From NCBI GenBank assembly GCA_964016885.1, contig OZ024741.1, positions 232,314,001-232,378,000 on the forward strand: a DNA stretch of 64,000 nt. The letters run 5' to 3'. The notes beneath the pieces are model-generated. The model was not told the origin of the DNA, did not search any database, and saw only the letters and a list, made by a program, of their open reading frames with translations. Made by a program: the position numbers and the translations under genes. The stretch comes from Eledone cirrhosa. Its lineage: Eukaryota. Positions 15,401 through 28,900 of this stretch are shown piece by piece (the stretch's first letter is position 1; every line of letters starts with the position of its first letter).

Positions 15401-16950
15401 TCAGTTGGATATTCTCTGTATAGTATCATACCTTATCAGTTGGACATTTTCTGGATAGTATCATACCTTATCAGTTGGATATTCTCTGGATAGTATCATA
15501 CCTTATCTGTTGGATATTCTCTGGATAGTATCATACCTTATCAGTTGGATATTCTCTGGATAGTATCATACCTTATCAGTTGGATATTCTCTGTATAGTA
15601 TCATACCTTATCAGTTAGATATTCCCTATATAGTATCATACCTTATGAGTTGGATATTCTCTGGATAGTATCATACCTTATCAGTTGGATATTCTCTGTA
15701 TAGTATCATACCTTATCAGTTGGATATTCTCTGGACAGTATCATACCTTATCAGTTGGATATTCTCTGGATAGTATTATACCTTATCAGTTGGATATTCT
15801 CTGGATAGTATCATACCTTATCAGTTAGATATTCTCTGGATAGTATCATACCTTATCAGTTGGATATTCTCTGGATAGTATCATACCTTATCAGTTAGAT
15901 ATTCTCTGGATAGTATCATACCTTATCAGTTGGATATTCTCTGGATAGTATCATACCTTATCAGTTGGATATTCTCTGGATAGTATCATACCTTATCAGT
16001 TGGATATTCTCTGGATAGTATCATACCTTATCAGTTGAATATTCTCTGGATAGTATCATACCTTATCAGTTGGATATTCTCTGAATAGTATCATACCTTA
16101 TCAGTTAGATATTCTCTGGATAGTATCATACCTTATCAGTTAGATATTCTCTGTATAGTATCATACCTTATTAGTTAGATATTCTCTGGATAGTATCATG
16201 CCTTATCAGTTAGATATTCTCTGTATAGTATCATACCTTATCAGTTGGATATTCTCTGGATAGTATCATAACTTATCAGTTGGATATTCTCTGGATAGTA
16301 TCATGCCTTATAAGTTGGATATTCTCTGGATAGTATCATACCTTATCAGTTGGATATTCTCTGGATAGAATCATGCCTTATAAGTTGGATATTCTCTGGA
16401 TAGTATCATACCTTATCAGTTGTATATTCTCTGAATAGTATCATACCTTATCAGTTAGATATTCTCTGGATAGTATCATACCTTATCAGTTAGATATTCT
16501 CTGTATAGTATCATACCTTATCAGTTGTATATTCTCTGTATAGTATCATACCTTATCAGTTAGATATTCTCTGTATAGTATCATACCTTATCAGTTAGAT
16601 ATTCTCTGGATAGTATCATACCTTATCAGTTGGATATCCTCTGGATAGTATCATACCTTATCAGTTGGACATTTTCTGGATAGTATCATACCTTATCAGT
16701 TGGATATTCTCTGTATAGTATCATACCTTATCAGTTGGACATTTTCTGGATAGTATCATACCTTATCAGTTGGATATTCTCTGGATAGTATCATACCTTA
16801 TCTGTTGGATATTCTCTGGATAGTATCATACCTTATCAGTTGGATATTCTCTGGATAGTATCATACCTTATCAGTTGGATATTCTCTGTATAGTATCATA
16901 CCTTATCAGTTAGATATTCCCTATATAGTATCATACCTTATCAGTTGGAT
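12480..16950. repeat. Nested duplications: 37-monomer (1295 bp) unit within a 65-monomer (2275 bp) duplication
   Basis: The GAATCATGCC marker is at about 12798, 14093, 15073 and 16368 (spacings 1295, 980, 1295). The private TATGAGTT variant is at 13371 and 15646 (2275 apart). Boundaries are approximate. Confidence 0.85.
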
Positions 16951-19900
16951 ATTCTCTGGATAGTATCATACCTTATCAGTTGGATATTCTCTGTATAGTA
17001 TCATACCTTATCAGTTAGATATTCTCTGTATAGTATCATACCTTATTAGTTAGATATTTGCTGGATAGTATCATACCTTATCAGTTGGATATTCTCTGTA
17101 TAGTATCATACCTTATCAGTTGGATATTCTCTGGATAGTATCATACCTTATCAGTTGGATATTCTCTGGATAGTATCATACCTTATCAGTTGGATATTCT
17201 CTGTATAGTATCATACCTTATCAGTTAGATATTCTCTGTATAGTATCATACCTTATTAGTTAGATATTTGCTGGATAGTATCATACCTTATCAGTTGGAT
17301 ATTCTCTGTATAGTATCATACCTTATCAGTTGGATATTCTCTGGATAGTATCATACCTTATCAGTTAGATATTCTCTGGATAGTATCATACCTTATATGT
17401 TGGATATTCTCTGGATAGTATCATACCTTATCAGTTAGATATTCTCTGGATAGTATCATACATTATCAGTTGGACATTTTCAGGATAGTATCATACCTTA
17501 TCAGTTGGATATTCTCTGGATAGTATCATACCTTATCAGTTGGATATTCTCTGGATAGTATCATAACTTATCAGTTTGATATTCTCTGGATAGTATCATA
17601 CCTTATCACTTAGATATTCTCTGGAGAGTATCATACCTTATCAGTTGGATATTCTCTGGATAGTATCATACCTTATCAGTTGGATATTCTCTGGATAGTA
17701 TCATACCTTATCAGTTGGATATTCTCTGTATAGTATCATACCTTATCAGTTAGATATTCTCAGGATAGTATCATACCTTATCAGTTAGATATTCTCTGGA
17801 TAGTATCATACTTTATAAGTTGGATATTCTCTGTATAGTATCATACCTTATCAATTGGATATTCTCTGTATAGTATCATGCCTTATCAGTTGGACATTTT
17901 CTGGATAGTACCATACCTTATCAGTTGGATATTCTCTGGATAGTATCATACCTTATCAGTTAGATATTTTCTGGATAGTATCATACCTTATCAGTTGGAT
18001 ATTCTCTGGATAGTATCATACCTTATCAGTTAGATATTTTCTGGATAGTATCATACCTTATCAGTTGGATATTCTCTGGATAGTATCATACCTTATCAGT
18101 TGGATATTATCTGGATAGTATCATACCTTATCAGTTGGATATTCTCTGTATAGTATCATACCTTATATGTTGGATATTCTCTGGATAGTATCATACCTTA
18201 TCAGTTGGATATTCTCTGGATAGTATCATACCTTATCAGTTAGATATTTTCAGGATAGTATCATACCTTATCAGTTGGATATTCTCTGGATAGTATCATA
18301 CCTTATCAGTTCGATATTCTCTGGATAGTATCATACCTTATCAGTTGGATATTCTCTGGATAGTATCATACCTTATCAGTTGGATATTCTCTGTATAGTA
18401 TCATACCTTATCAGTTAGATATTCTCTGGATAGTATCATACCTTATCAGTTGGATATTCTCTGGATAGTATCATACCTTATCAGTTAGATATTTTCAGGA
18501 TAGTATCATACCTTATCAGTTGGATATTCTCTGGATAGTATCATACCTTATCAGTTGGACATTTTCTGGATAGTACCATACCTTATCAGTTGGATATTCT
18601 CTGTATAGTATCATAACTTATCAGTTGGATATTCTCTGTATAGTATCATACCTTATCAATTGGATATTCTCTGTATAGTATCATGCCTTATCGGTTGGAC
18701 ATTTTCTGGATAGTATCATGCCTTATCAGTTGGATATTCTCTGTATAGTATCATACCTCATCAGTTGGATATTCTCTGTATAGTATCATACCTTATCAAT
18801 TGGATATTCGCTGTATAGTATCATGCCTTATCAGTTGGACATTTTCTGGATATTATCATACCTTATCAGTTGGATATTCTCTGTATAGTATCATACCTTA
18901 TCAGTTAGATATTCTCTGGATAGTATCATACCTTATCAGTTGGATATTCTCTGTATAGTATCATACATTATCAGTTAGATATTCTCTGGATAGTATCATA
19001 CCTTATCAGTTAGATATTGTCTGGATAGTATCATACCTTATATGTTGGATATTCTCTGGATAGTATCATACCTTATCAGTTAAGATATTCTCTGGATAGT
19101 ATCATACATTATCAGTTGGACATTTTCAGGATAGTATCATACCTTATCAGTTAGATATTCTCTGGATAGTATCATACCTTATCTGTTGGATATTCTCTGG
19201 ATAGTATCATACCTTATCAGTGGGATATTCTCTGGATAGTATCATACCTTATCAGTTGGATATTCTCTGTATAGTATCACACCTTATCAGTTAGATATTC
19301 TCTGGATAGTATCATACCTTATCAGTTTGATATTCTCTGGATAGTATCATACCTTATCAGTTGGATATTATCTGGATAGTATCATACCTTATCAGTTGGA
19401 TATTCTCTGGATAGTATCATACCTTATCAGTTGGATATTCTCTGGACAGTATCATACCTTATCAGTTGGATATTCTCTGGATAGTATTATACCTTATCAG
19501 TTGGATATTCTCTGGATAGTATCATACCTTATCAGTTAGATATTCTCTGGATAGTATCATACCTTATCAGTTGGATATTCTCTGGATAGTATCATACCTT
19601 ATCAGTTAGATATTCCCTATATAGTATCATACCTTATCAGTTAGATATTTTCTGGATAGTATCATACCTTATCAGTTGGATATTCTCTGGATAGTATCAT
19701 ACCTTATCAGTTGGATATTCTCTGTATAGTATCATACCTTATCAGTTGGATATTCTCTGGATAGTATCATACCTTATCAGTTGGATATTCTCTGGATAGT
19801 ATCATACCTTATCAGTTGGATATTCTCTGGATAGTATCATACCTTATCAGTTGGATATTCTCTGTATAGTAGCATACCTTATCAGTTAGATATTCCCTAT

Positions 19901-22900
19901 ATAGTATCATACCTTATCAGTTGGATATTCTCTGGATAGTATCATACCTTATCAGTTGGATGTTCTCTGTATAGTATCATACCTTATCAGTTAGATATTC
20001 TCTGTATAGTATCATACCTTATTAGTTAGATATTTGCTGGATAGTATCATACCTTATCAGTTGGATATTCTCTGTATAGTATCATACCTTATCAGTTGGA
20101 TATTCTCTGGATAGTATCATACCTTATCAGTTGGATATTCTCTGGATAGTATCATACCTTATCAGTTGGATATTCTCTGTATAGTATCATACCTTATCAG
20201 TTAGATATTCTCTGTATAGTATCATACCTTATTAGTTAGATATTTGCTGGATAGTATCATACCTTATCAGTTGGATATTCTCTGTATAGTATCATACCTT
20301 ATCAGTTGGATATTCTCTGGATAGTATCATACCTTATCAGTTAGATATTCTCTGGATAGTATCATACCTTATATGTTGGATATTCTCTGGATAGTATCAT
20401 ACCTTATCAGTTAGATATTCTCTGGATAGTATCATACATTATCAGTTGGACATTTTCAGGATAGTATCATACCTTATCAGTTGGATATTCTCTGGATAGT
20501 ATCATACATTATCAGTTGGACATTTTCAGGATAGTATCATACCTTATCAGTTAGATATTCTCTGGATAGTATCATACCTTATCTGTTGGATATTCTCTGG
20601 ATAGTATTATACCTTATCAGTGGGATATTCTCTGGATAGTATCATACCTTATCAGTTGGATATTCTCTGTATAGTATCACACCTTATCAGTTAGATATTC
20701 TCTGGATAGTATCATACCTTATCAGTTTGATATTCTCTGGATAGTATCATACCTTATCAGTTGGATATTCTCTGGATAGTATCATACCTTATCAGTTGGA
20801 TATTCTCTGGATAGTATCATACCTTATCAGTTGGATATTCTCTGGACAGTATCATACCTTATCAGTTGGATATTCTCTGGATAGTATTATACCTTATCAG
20901 TTGGATATTCTCTGGATAGTATCATACCTTATCAGTTAGATATTCTCTGGATAGTATCATACCTTATCAGTTGGATATTCTATGGATAGTATCATACCTT
21001 ATCAGTTAGATATTCCCTATATAGTATCATACCTTATCAGTTAGATATTTTCTGGATAGTATCATACCTTATCAGTTGGATATTCTCTGGATAGTATCAT
21101 ACCTTATCAGTTGGATATTCTCTGTATAGTATCATACCTTATCAGTTGGATATTCTCTGGATAGTATCATACCTTATCAGTTGGATATTCTCTGGATAGT
21201 ATCATACCTTATCAGTTGGATATTCTCTGGATAGTATCATACCTTATCAGTTGGATATTCTCTGTATAGTATCATACCTTATCAGTTAGATATTCCCTAT
21301 ATAGTATCATACCTTATCAGTTGGATATTCTCTGGATAGTATCATACCTTATCAGTTGGATGTTCTCTGTATAGTATCATACCTTATCAGTTAGATATTC
21401 TCTGTATAGTATCATACCTTATTAGTTAGATATTTGCTGGATAGTATCATACCTTATCAGTTGGATATTCTCTGTATAGTATCATACCTTATCAGTTGGA
21501 TATTCTCTGAATAGTATCATACCTTATCAGTTGGATATTCTCTGGATAGTATCATACCTTATCAGTTGGATATTCTCTGTATAGTATCATACCTTATCAG
21601 TTAGATATTCTCTGTATAGTATCATACCTTATTAGTTAGATATTTGCTGGATAGTATCATACCTTATCAGTTGGATATTCTCTGTATAGTATCATACCTT
21701 ATCAATTGGATATTCTCTGGATAGTATCATACCTTATCAGTTAGATATTCTCTGGATAGTATCATACCTTATATATTGGATATTCTCTGGATAGTATCAT
21801 ACCTTATCAGTTAGATATTCTCTGGATAGTATCATACATTATCAGTTGGACATTTTCAGGATAGTATCATACCTTATCAGTTGGATATTCTCTGGATAGT
21901 ATCATACCTTATCAGTTGGATATTCTCTGGATAGTATCATAACTTATCAGTTTGATATTCTCTGGATAGTATCATACCTTATCAGTTAGATATTCTCTGG
22001 AGAGTATCATACCTTATCAGTTGGATATTCTCTGGATAGTATCATACCTTATCAGTTGGATATTCTCTGGATAGTATCATACCTTATCAGTTGGATATTC
22101 TCTGTATAGTATCATACCTTATCAGTTAGATATTCTCTGGATAGTATCATACCTTATCAGTTAGATATTCTCTGGATAGTATCATACTTTATAAGTTGGA
22201 TATTCTCTGTATAGTATCATACCTTATCAATTGGATATTCTCTGTATAGTATCATGCCTTATCAGTTGGACATTTTCTGGATAGTACCATACCTTAACAG
22301 TTGGATATTCTCTGTATAGTATCATACCTTATCAGTTGGATATTCTCTGTATAGTATCATACCTTATCAATTGGATATTCTCTGTATAGTATCATGCCTT
22401 ATCGGTTGGACATTTTCTGGATAGTATCATGCCTTATCAGTTGGATATTCTCTGTATAGTATCATACCTCGTCAGTTGGATATTCTCTGTATAGTATCAT
22501 ACCTTATCAATTGGATATTCGCTGTATAGTATCATGCCTTATCAGTTGGACATTCTCTGGATATTATCATACCTTATCAGTTGGATATTCTCTGTATAGT
22601 ATCATACCTTATCAGTTAGATATTCTCTGGATACTATCATACCTTATCAGTTGGATATTCTCTGTATATTATCATACCTTATCAGTTAGATATTCCCTGG
22701 ATAGTATCATACCTTATCAGTTAGATATTGTCTGGATAGTATCATACCTTATATGTTGGATATTCTCTGGATAGTATCATACCTTATCAGTTAAGATATT
22801 CTCTGGATAGTATCATACATTATCAGTTGGACATTTTCAGGATAGTATCATACCTTATCAGTTAGATATTCTCTGGATAGTATCATACCTTATCAGTTGG

Positions 22901-25900
22901 ATATTCTCTGGATAGTATCATACCTTATCAGTGGGATATTCTCTGGATAGTATCATACCTTATCAGTTAGATATTCTCTGGATAGTATCATACCTTATCA
23001 GTTAGATATTCTCTGGATAGTATCATACCTTATCAGTTGGATATTCTCTGGATAGTATCATACCTTATCAGTTGGATATTCTCTGGATAGTATCATACCT
23101 TATCAGTTGGATATTCTCTGGACAGTATCATACCTTATCAGTTGGATATTCTCTGGATAGTATTATACCTTATCAGTTGGATATTCTCTGGATAGTATCA
23201 TACCTTATCAGTTAGATATTCTCTGGATAGTATCATACCTTATCAGTTGGATATTCTCTGGATAGTATCATACCTTATCAGTTAGATATTCTCTGGATAG
23301 TATCATACCTTATCAGTTGGATATTCTCTGGATAGTATCATACCTTATCAGTTGGATATTCTCTGGATAGTATCATACCTTATCAGTTGGATATTCTCTG
23401 GATAGTATCATACCTTATCAGTTGGATATTCTCTGGATAGTATCATACCTTATCAGTTTGATATTCTCTGAATAGTATCATACCTTATCAGTTAGATATT
23501 CTCTGGATAGTATCATACCTTATCAGTTAGATATTCTCTGTATAGTATCATACCTTATCAGTTAGATATTCTCTGGATAGTATCATGCCTTATCAGTTAG
23601 ATATTCTCTGTATAGTATCATACCTTATCAGTTGGATATTCTCTGGATAGTATCATACCTTATCAGTTGGATATTCTCTGGATAGTATCATGCCTTATAT
23701 GTTGGATATTCTCTGGATAGTATCATACCTTATCAGTTGGATATTCTCTGGATAGTATCATGCCTTATAAGTTGGATATTCTCTGGATAGTATCATACCT
23801 TATCAGTTGGATATTCTCTGAATAGTATCATACCTTATCAGTTAGATATTCTCTGGATAGTATCATACCTTATCAGTTAGATATTCTCTGTATAGTATCA
23901 TACCTTATCAGTTGTATATTCTCTGTATAGTATCATACCTTATCAGTTAGATATTCTCTGTATAGTATCATACCTTATCAGTTAGATATTCTCTGGATAG
24001 TATCATACCTTATCAGTTGGATATCCTCTGGATAGTATCATACCTTATCAGTTGGACATTTTCTGGATAGTATCATACCTTATCAGTTGGATATTCTCTG
24101 TATAGTATCATACCTTATCAGTTGGACATTTTCTGGATAGTATCATACCTTATCATTTGGATATTCTCTGGATAGTATCATACCTTATCTGTTGGATATT
24201 CTCTGGATAGTATCATACCTTATCAGTTGGATATTCTCTGGATAGTATCATACCTTATCAGTTGGATATTCTCTGTATAGTATCATACCTTATCAGTTAG
24301 ATATTCCCTATATAGTATCATACCTTATCAGTTAGATATTTTCTGGATAGTATCATACCTTATCAGTTGGATATTCTCTGGATAGTATCATACCTTATCA
24401 GTTGGATATTCTCTGTATAGTATCATACCTAATCAGTTGGATATTCTCTGGATAGTATCATACCTTATCAGTTGGATATTCTCTGGATAGTATCATACCT
24501 TATCAGTTGGATATTCTCTGTATTGTATCATACCTTATCAGTTAGATATTCTCTGTATAGTACCATACCTTATTAGTTAGATATTTGCTGGATAGTATCA
24601 TACCTTATCAGTTGGATATTCTCTGTACAGTATCATACCTTATCAGTTGGATATTCTCTGGATAGTATCATACCTTATCAGTTAGATATTTTCTGGATAG
24701 TATCATACCTTATCAGTTGGATATTCTCTGGATAGTATCATACCTTATCAGTTGGATATTATCTGGATAGTATCATACCTTATCAGTTGGACATTTTCTG
24801 GATAGTATCATACCTTATCAGTTGGATATTCTCTGTATAGTATCATACCTTATCAGTTGGACATTTTCTGGAGAGTATCATACCTTATCAGTTGGATATT
24901 CTCTGGATAGTATCATACCTTATCTGTTGGATATTCTCTGGATAGTATCATACCTTATCAGTTGGATATTCTCTGGATAGTATCATACCTTATCAGTTGG
25001 ATATTCTCTGTATAGTATCATACCTTATCAGTTAGATATTCCCTATATAGTATCATACCTTATCAGTTGGATATTCTCTGGATAGTATCATACCTTATCA
25101 GTTGGATATTCTCTGTATAGTATCATACCTTATCAGTTAGATATTCTCTGTATAGTATCATACCTTATTAGTTAGATATTTGCTGGATAGTATCATACCT
25201 TATCAGTTGGATATTCTCTGTATAGTATCATACCTTATCAGTTGGATATTCTCTGGATAGTATCATACCTTATCAGTTGGATATTCTCTGGATAGTATCA
25301 TACCTTATCAGTTGGATATTCTCTGTATAGTATCATACCTTATCAGTTAGATATTCTCTGTATAGTATCATACCTTATTAGTTAGATATTTGCTGGATAG
25401 TATCATACCTTATCAGTTGGATATTCTCTGTATAGTATCATACCTTATCAGTTGGATATTCTCTGGATAGTATCATACCTTATCAGTTAGATATTCTCTG
25501 GATAGTATCATACCTTATATGTTGGATATTCTCTGGATAGTATCATACCTTATCAGTTAGATATTCTCTGGATAGTATCATACATTATCAGTTGGACATT
25601 TTCAGGATAGTATCATACCTTATCAGTTGGATATTCTCTGGATAGTATCATACCTTATCAGTTGGATATTCTCTGGATAGTATCATAACTTATCAGTTTG
25701 ATATTCTCTGGATAGTATCATACCTTATCACTTAGATATTCTCTGGAGAGTATCATACCTTATCAGTTGGATATTCTCTGGATAGTATCATACCTTATCA
25801 GTTGGATATTCTCTGGATAGTATCATACCTTATCAGTTGGATATTCTCTGTATAGTATCATACCTTATCAGTTAGATATTCTCAGGATAGTATCATACCT

Positions 25901-28900
25901 TATCAGTTAGATATTCTCTGGATAGTATCATACTTTATAAGTTGGATATTCTCTGTATAGTATCATACCTTATCAATTGGATATTCTCTGTATAGTATCA
26001 TGCCTTATCAGTTGGACATTTTCTGGATAGTACCATACCTTATCAGTTGGATATTCTCTGGATAGTATCATACCTTATCAGTTAGATATTTTCTGGATAG
26101 TATCATACCTTATCAGTTGGATATTCTCTGGATAGTATCATACCTTATCAGTTAGATATTTTCTGGATAGTATCATACCTTATCAGTTGGATATTCTCTG
26201 GATAGTATCATACCTTATCAGTTGGATATTATCTGGATAGTATCATACCTTATCAGTTGGATATTCTCTGTATAGTATCATACCTTATATGTTGGATATT
26301 CTCTGGATAGTATCATACCTTATCAGTTGGATATTCTCTGGATAGTATCATACCTTATCAGTTAGATATTTTCAGGATAGTATCATACCTTATCAGTTGG
26401 ATATTCTCTGGATAGTATCATACCTTATCAGTTCGATATTCTCTGGATAGTATCATACCTTATCAGTTGGATATTCTCTGGATAGTATCATACCTTATCA
26501 GTTGGATATTCTCTGTATAGTATCATACCTTATCAGTTAGATATTCTCTGGATAGTATCATACCTTATCAGTTGGATATTCTCTGGATAGTATCATACCT
26601 TATCAGTTAGATATTTTCAGGATAGTATCATACCTTATCAGTTGGATATTCTCTGGATAGTATCATACCTTATCAGTTGGACATTTTCTGGATAGTACCA
26701 TACCTTATCAGTTGGATATTCTGTGTATAGTATCATAACTTATCAGTTGGATATTCTCTGTATAGTATCATACCTTATCAATTGGATATTCTCTGTATAG
26801 TATCATGCCTTATCGGTTGGACATTTTCTGGATAGTATCATGCCTTATCAGTTGGATATTCTCTGTATAGTATCATACCTCATCAGTTGGATATTCTCTG
26901 TATAGTATCATACCTTATCAATTGGATATTCGCTGTATAGTATCATGCCTTATCAGTTGGACATTTTCTGGATATTATCATACCTTATCAGTTGGATATT
27001 CTCTGTATAGTATCATACCTTATCAGTTAGATATTCTCTGGATAGTATCATACCTTATCAGTTGGATATTCTCTGTATAGTATCATACATTATCAGTTAG
27101 ATATTCTCTGGATAGTATCATACCTTATCAGTTAGATATTGTCTGGATAGTATCATACCTTATATGTTGGATATTCTCTGGATAGTATCATACCTTATCA
27201 GTTAAGATATTCTCTGGATAGTATCATACATTATCAGTTGGACATTTTCAGGATAGTATCATACCTTATCAGTTAGATATTCTCTGGATAGTATCATACC
27301 TTATCTGTTGGATATTCTCTGGATAGTATCATACCTTATCAGTGGGATATTCTCTGGATAGTATCATACCTTATCAGTTGGATATTCTCTGTATAGTATC
27401 ACACCTTATCAGTTAGATATTCTCTGGATAGTATCATACCTTATCAGTTTGATATTCTCTGGATAGTATCATACCTTATCAGTTGGATATTCTCTGGATA
27501 GTATCATACCTTATCAGTTGGATATTCTCTGGATAGTATCATACCTTATCAGTTGGATATTCTCTGGACAGTATCATACCTTATCAGTTGGATATTCTCT
27601 GGATAGTATTATACCTTATCAGTTGGATATTCTCTGGATAGTATCATACCTTATCAGTTAGATATTCTCTGGATAGTATCATACCTTATCAGTTGGATAT
27701 TCTCTGGATAGTATCATACCTTATCAGTTAGATATTCCCTATATAGTATCATACCTTATCAGTTAGATATTTTCTGGATAGTATCATACCTTATCAGTTG
27801 GATATTCTCTGGATAGTATCATACCTTATCAGTTGGATATTCTCTGTATAGTATCATACCTTATCAGTTGGATATTCTCTGGATAGTATCATACCTTATC
27901 AGTTGGATATTCTCTGGATAGTATCATACCTTATCAGTTGGATATTCTCTGGATAGTATCATACCTTATCAGTTGGATATTCTCTGTATAGTATCATACC
28001 TTATCAGTTAGATATTCCCTATATAGTATCATACCTTATCAGTTGGATATTCTCTGGATAGTATCATACCTTATCAGTTGGATGTTCTCTGTATAGTATC
28101 ATACCTTATCAGTTAGATATTCTCTGTATAGTATCATACCTTATTAGTTAGATATTTGCTGGATAGTATCATACCTTATCAGTTGGATATTCTCTGTATA
28201 GTATCATACCTTATCAGTTGGATATTCTCTGGATAGTATCATACCTTATCAGTTGGATATTCTCTGGATAGTATCATACCTTATCAGTTGGATATTCTCT
28301 GTATAGTATCATACCTTATCAGTTAGATATTCTCTGTATAGTATCATACCTTATTAGTTAGATATTTGCTGGATAGTATCATACCTTATCAGTTGGATAT
28401 TCTCTGGATAGTATCATACCTTATCAGTTAGATATTCTCTGGATAGTATCATACCTTATATGTTGGATATTCTCTGGATAGTATCATACCTTATCAGTTA
28501 GATATTCTCTGGATAGTATCATACATTATCAGTTGGACATTTTCAGGATAGTATCATACCTTATCAGTTGGATATTCTCTGGATAGTATCATACATTATC
28601 AGTTGGACATTTTCAGGATAGTATCATACCTTATCAGTTAGATATTCTCTGGATAGTATCATACCTTATCTGTTGGATATTCTCTGGATAGTATCATACC
28701 TTATCAGTGGGATATTCTCTGGATAGTATCATACCTTATCAGTTGGATATTCTCTGTATAGTATCACACCTTATCAGTTAGATATTCTCTGGATAGTATC
28801 ATACCTTATCAGTTTGATATTCTCTGGATAGTATCATACCTTATCAGTTGGATATTCTCTGGATAGTATCATACCTTATCAGTTGGATATTCTCTGGATA

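Noticed and set aside
22511-22774. 87-aa ORF as a real membrane-protein gene
   Set aside because: It lies entirely within satellite monomers, starts with TTG, is simply the 105-bp satellite translation with two stops mutated, and has no recognisable domain.
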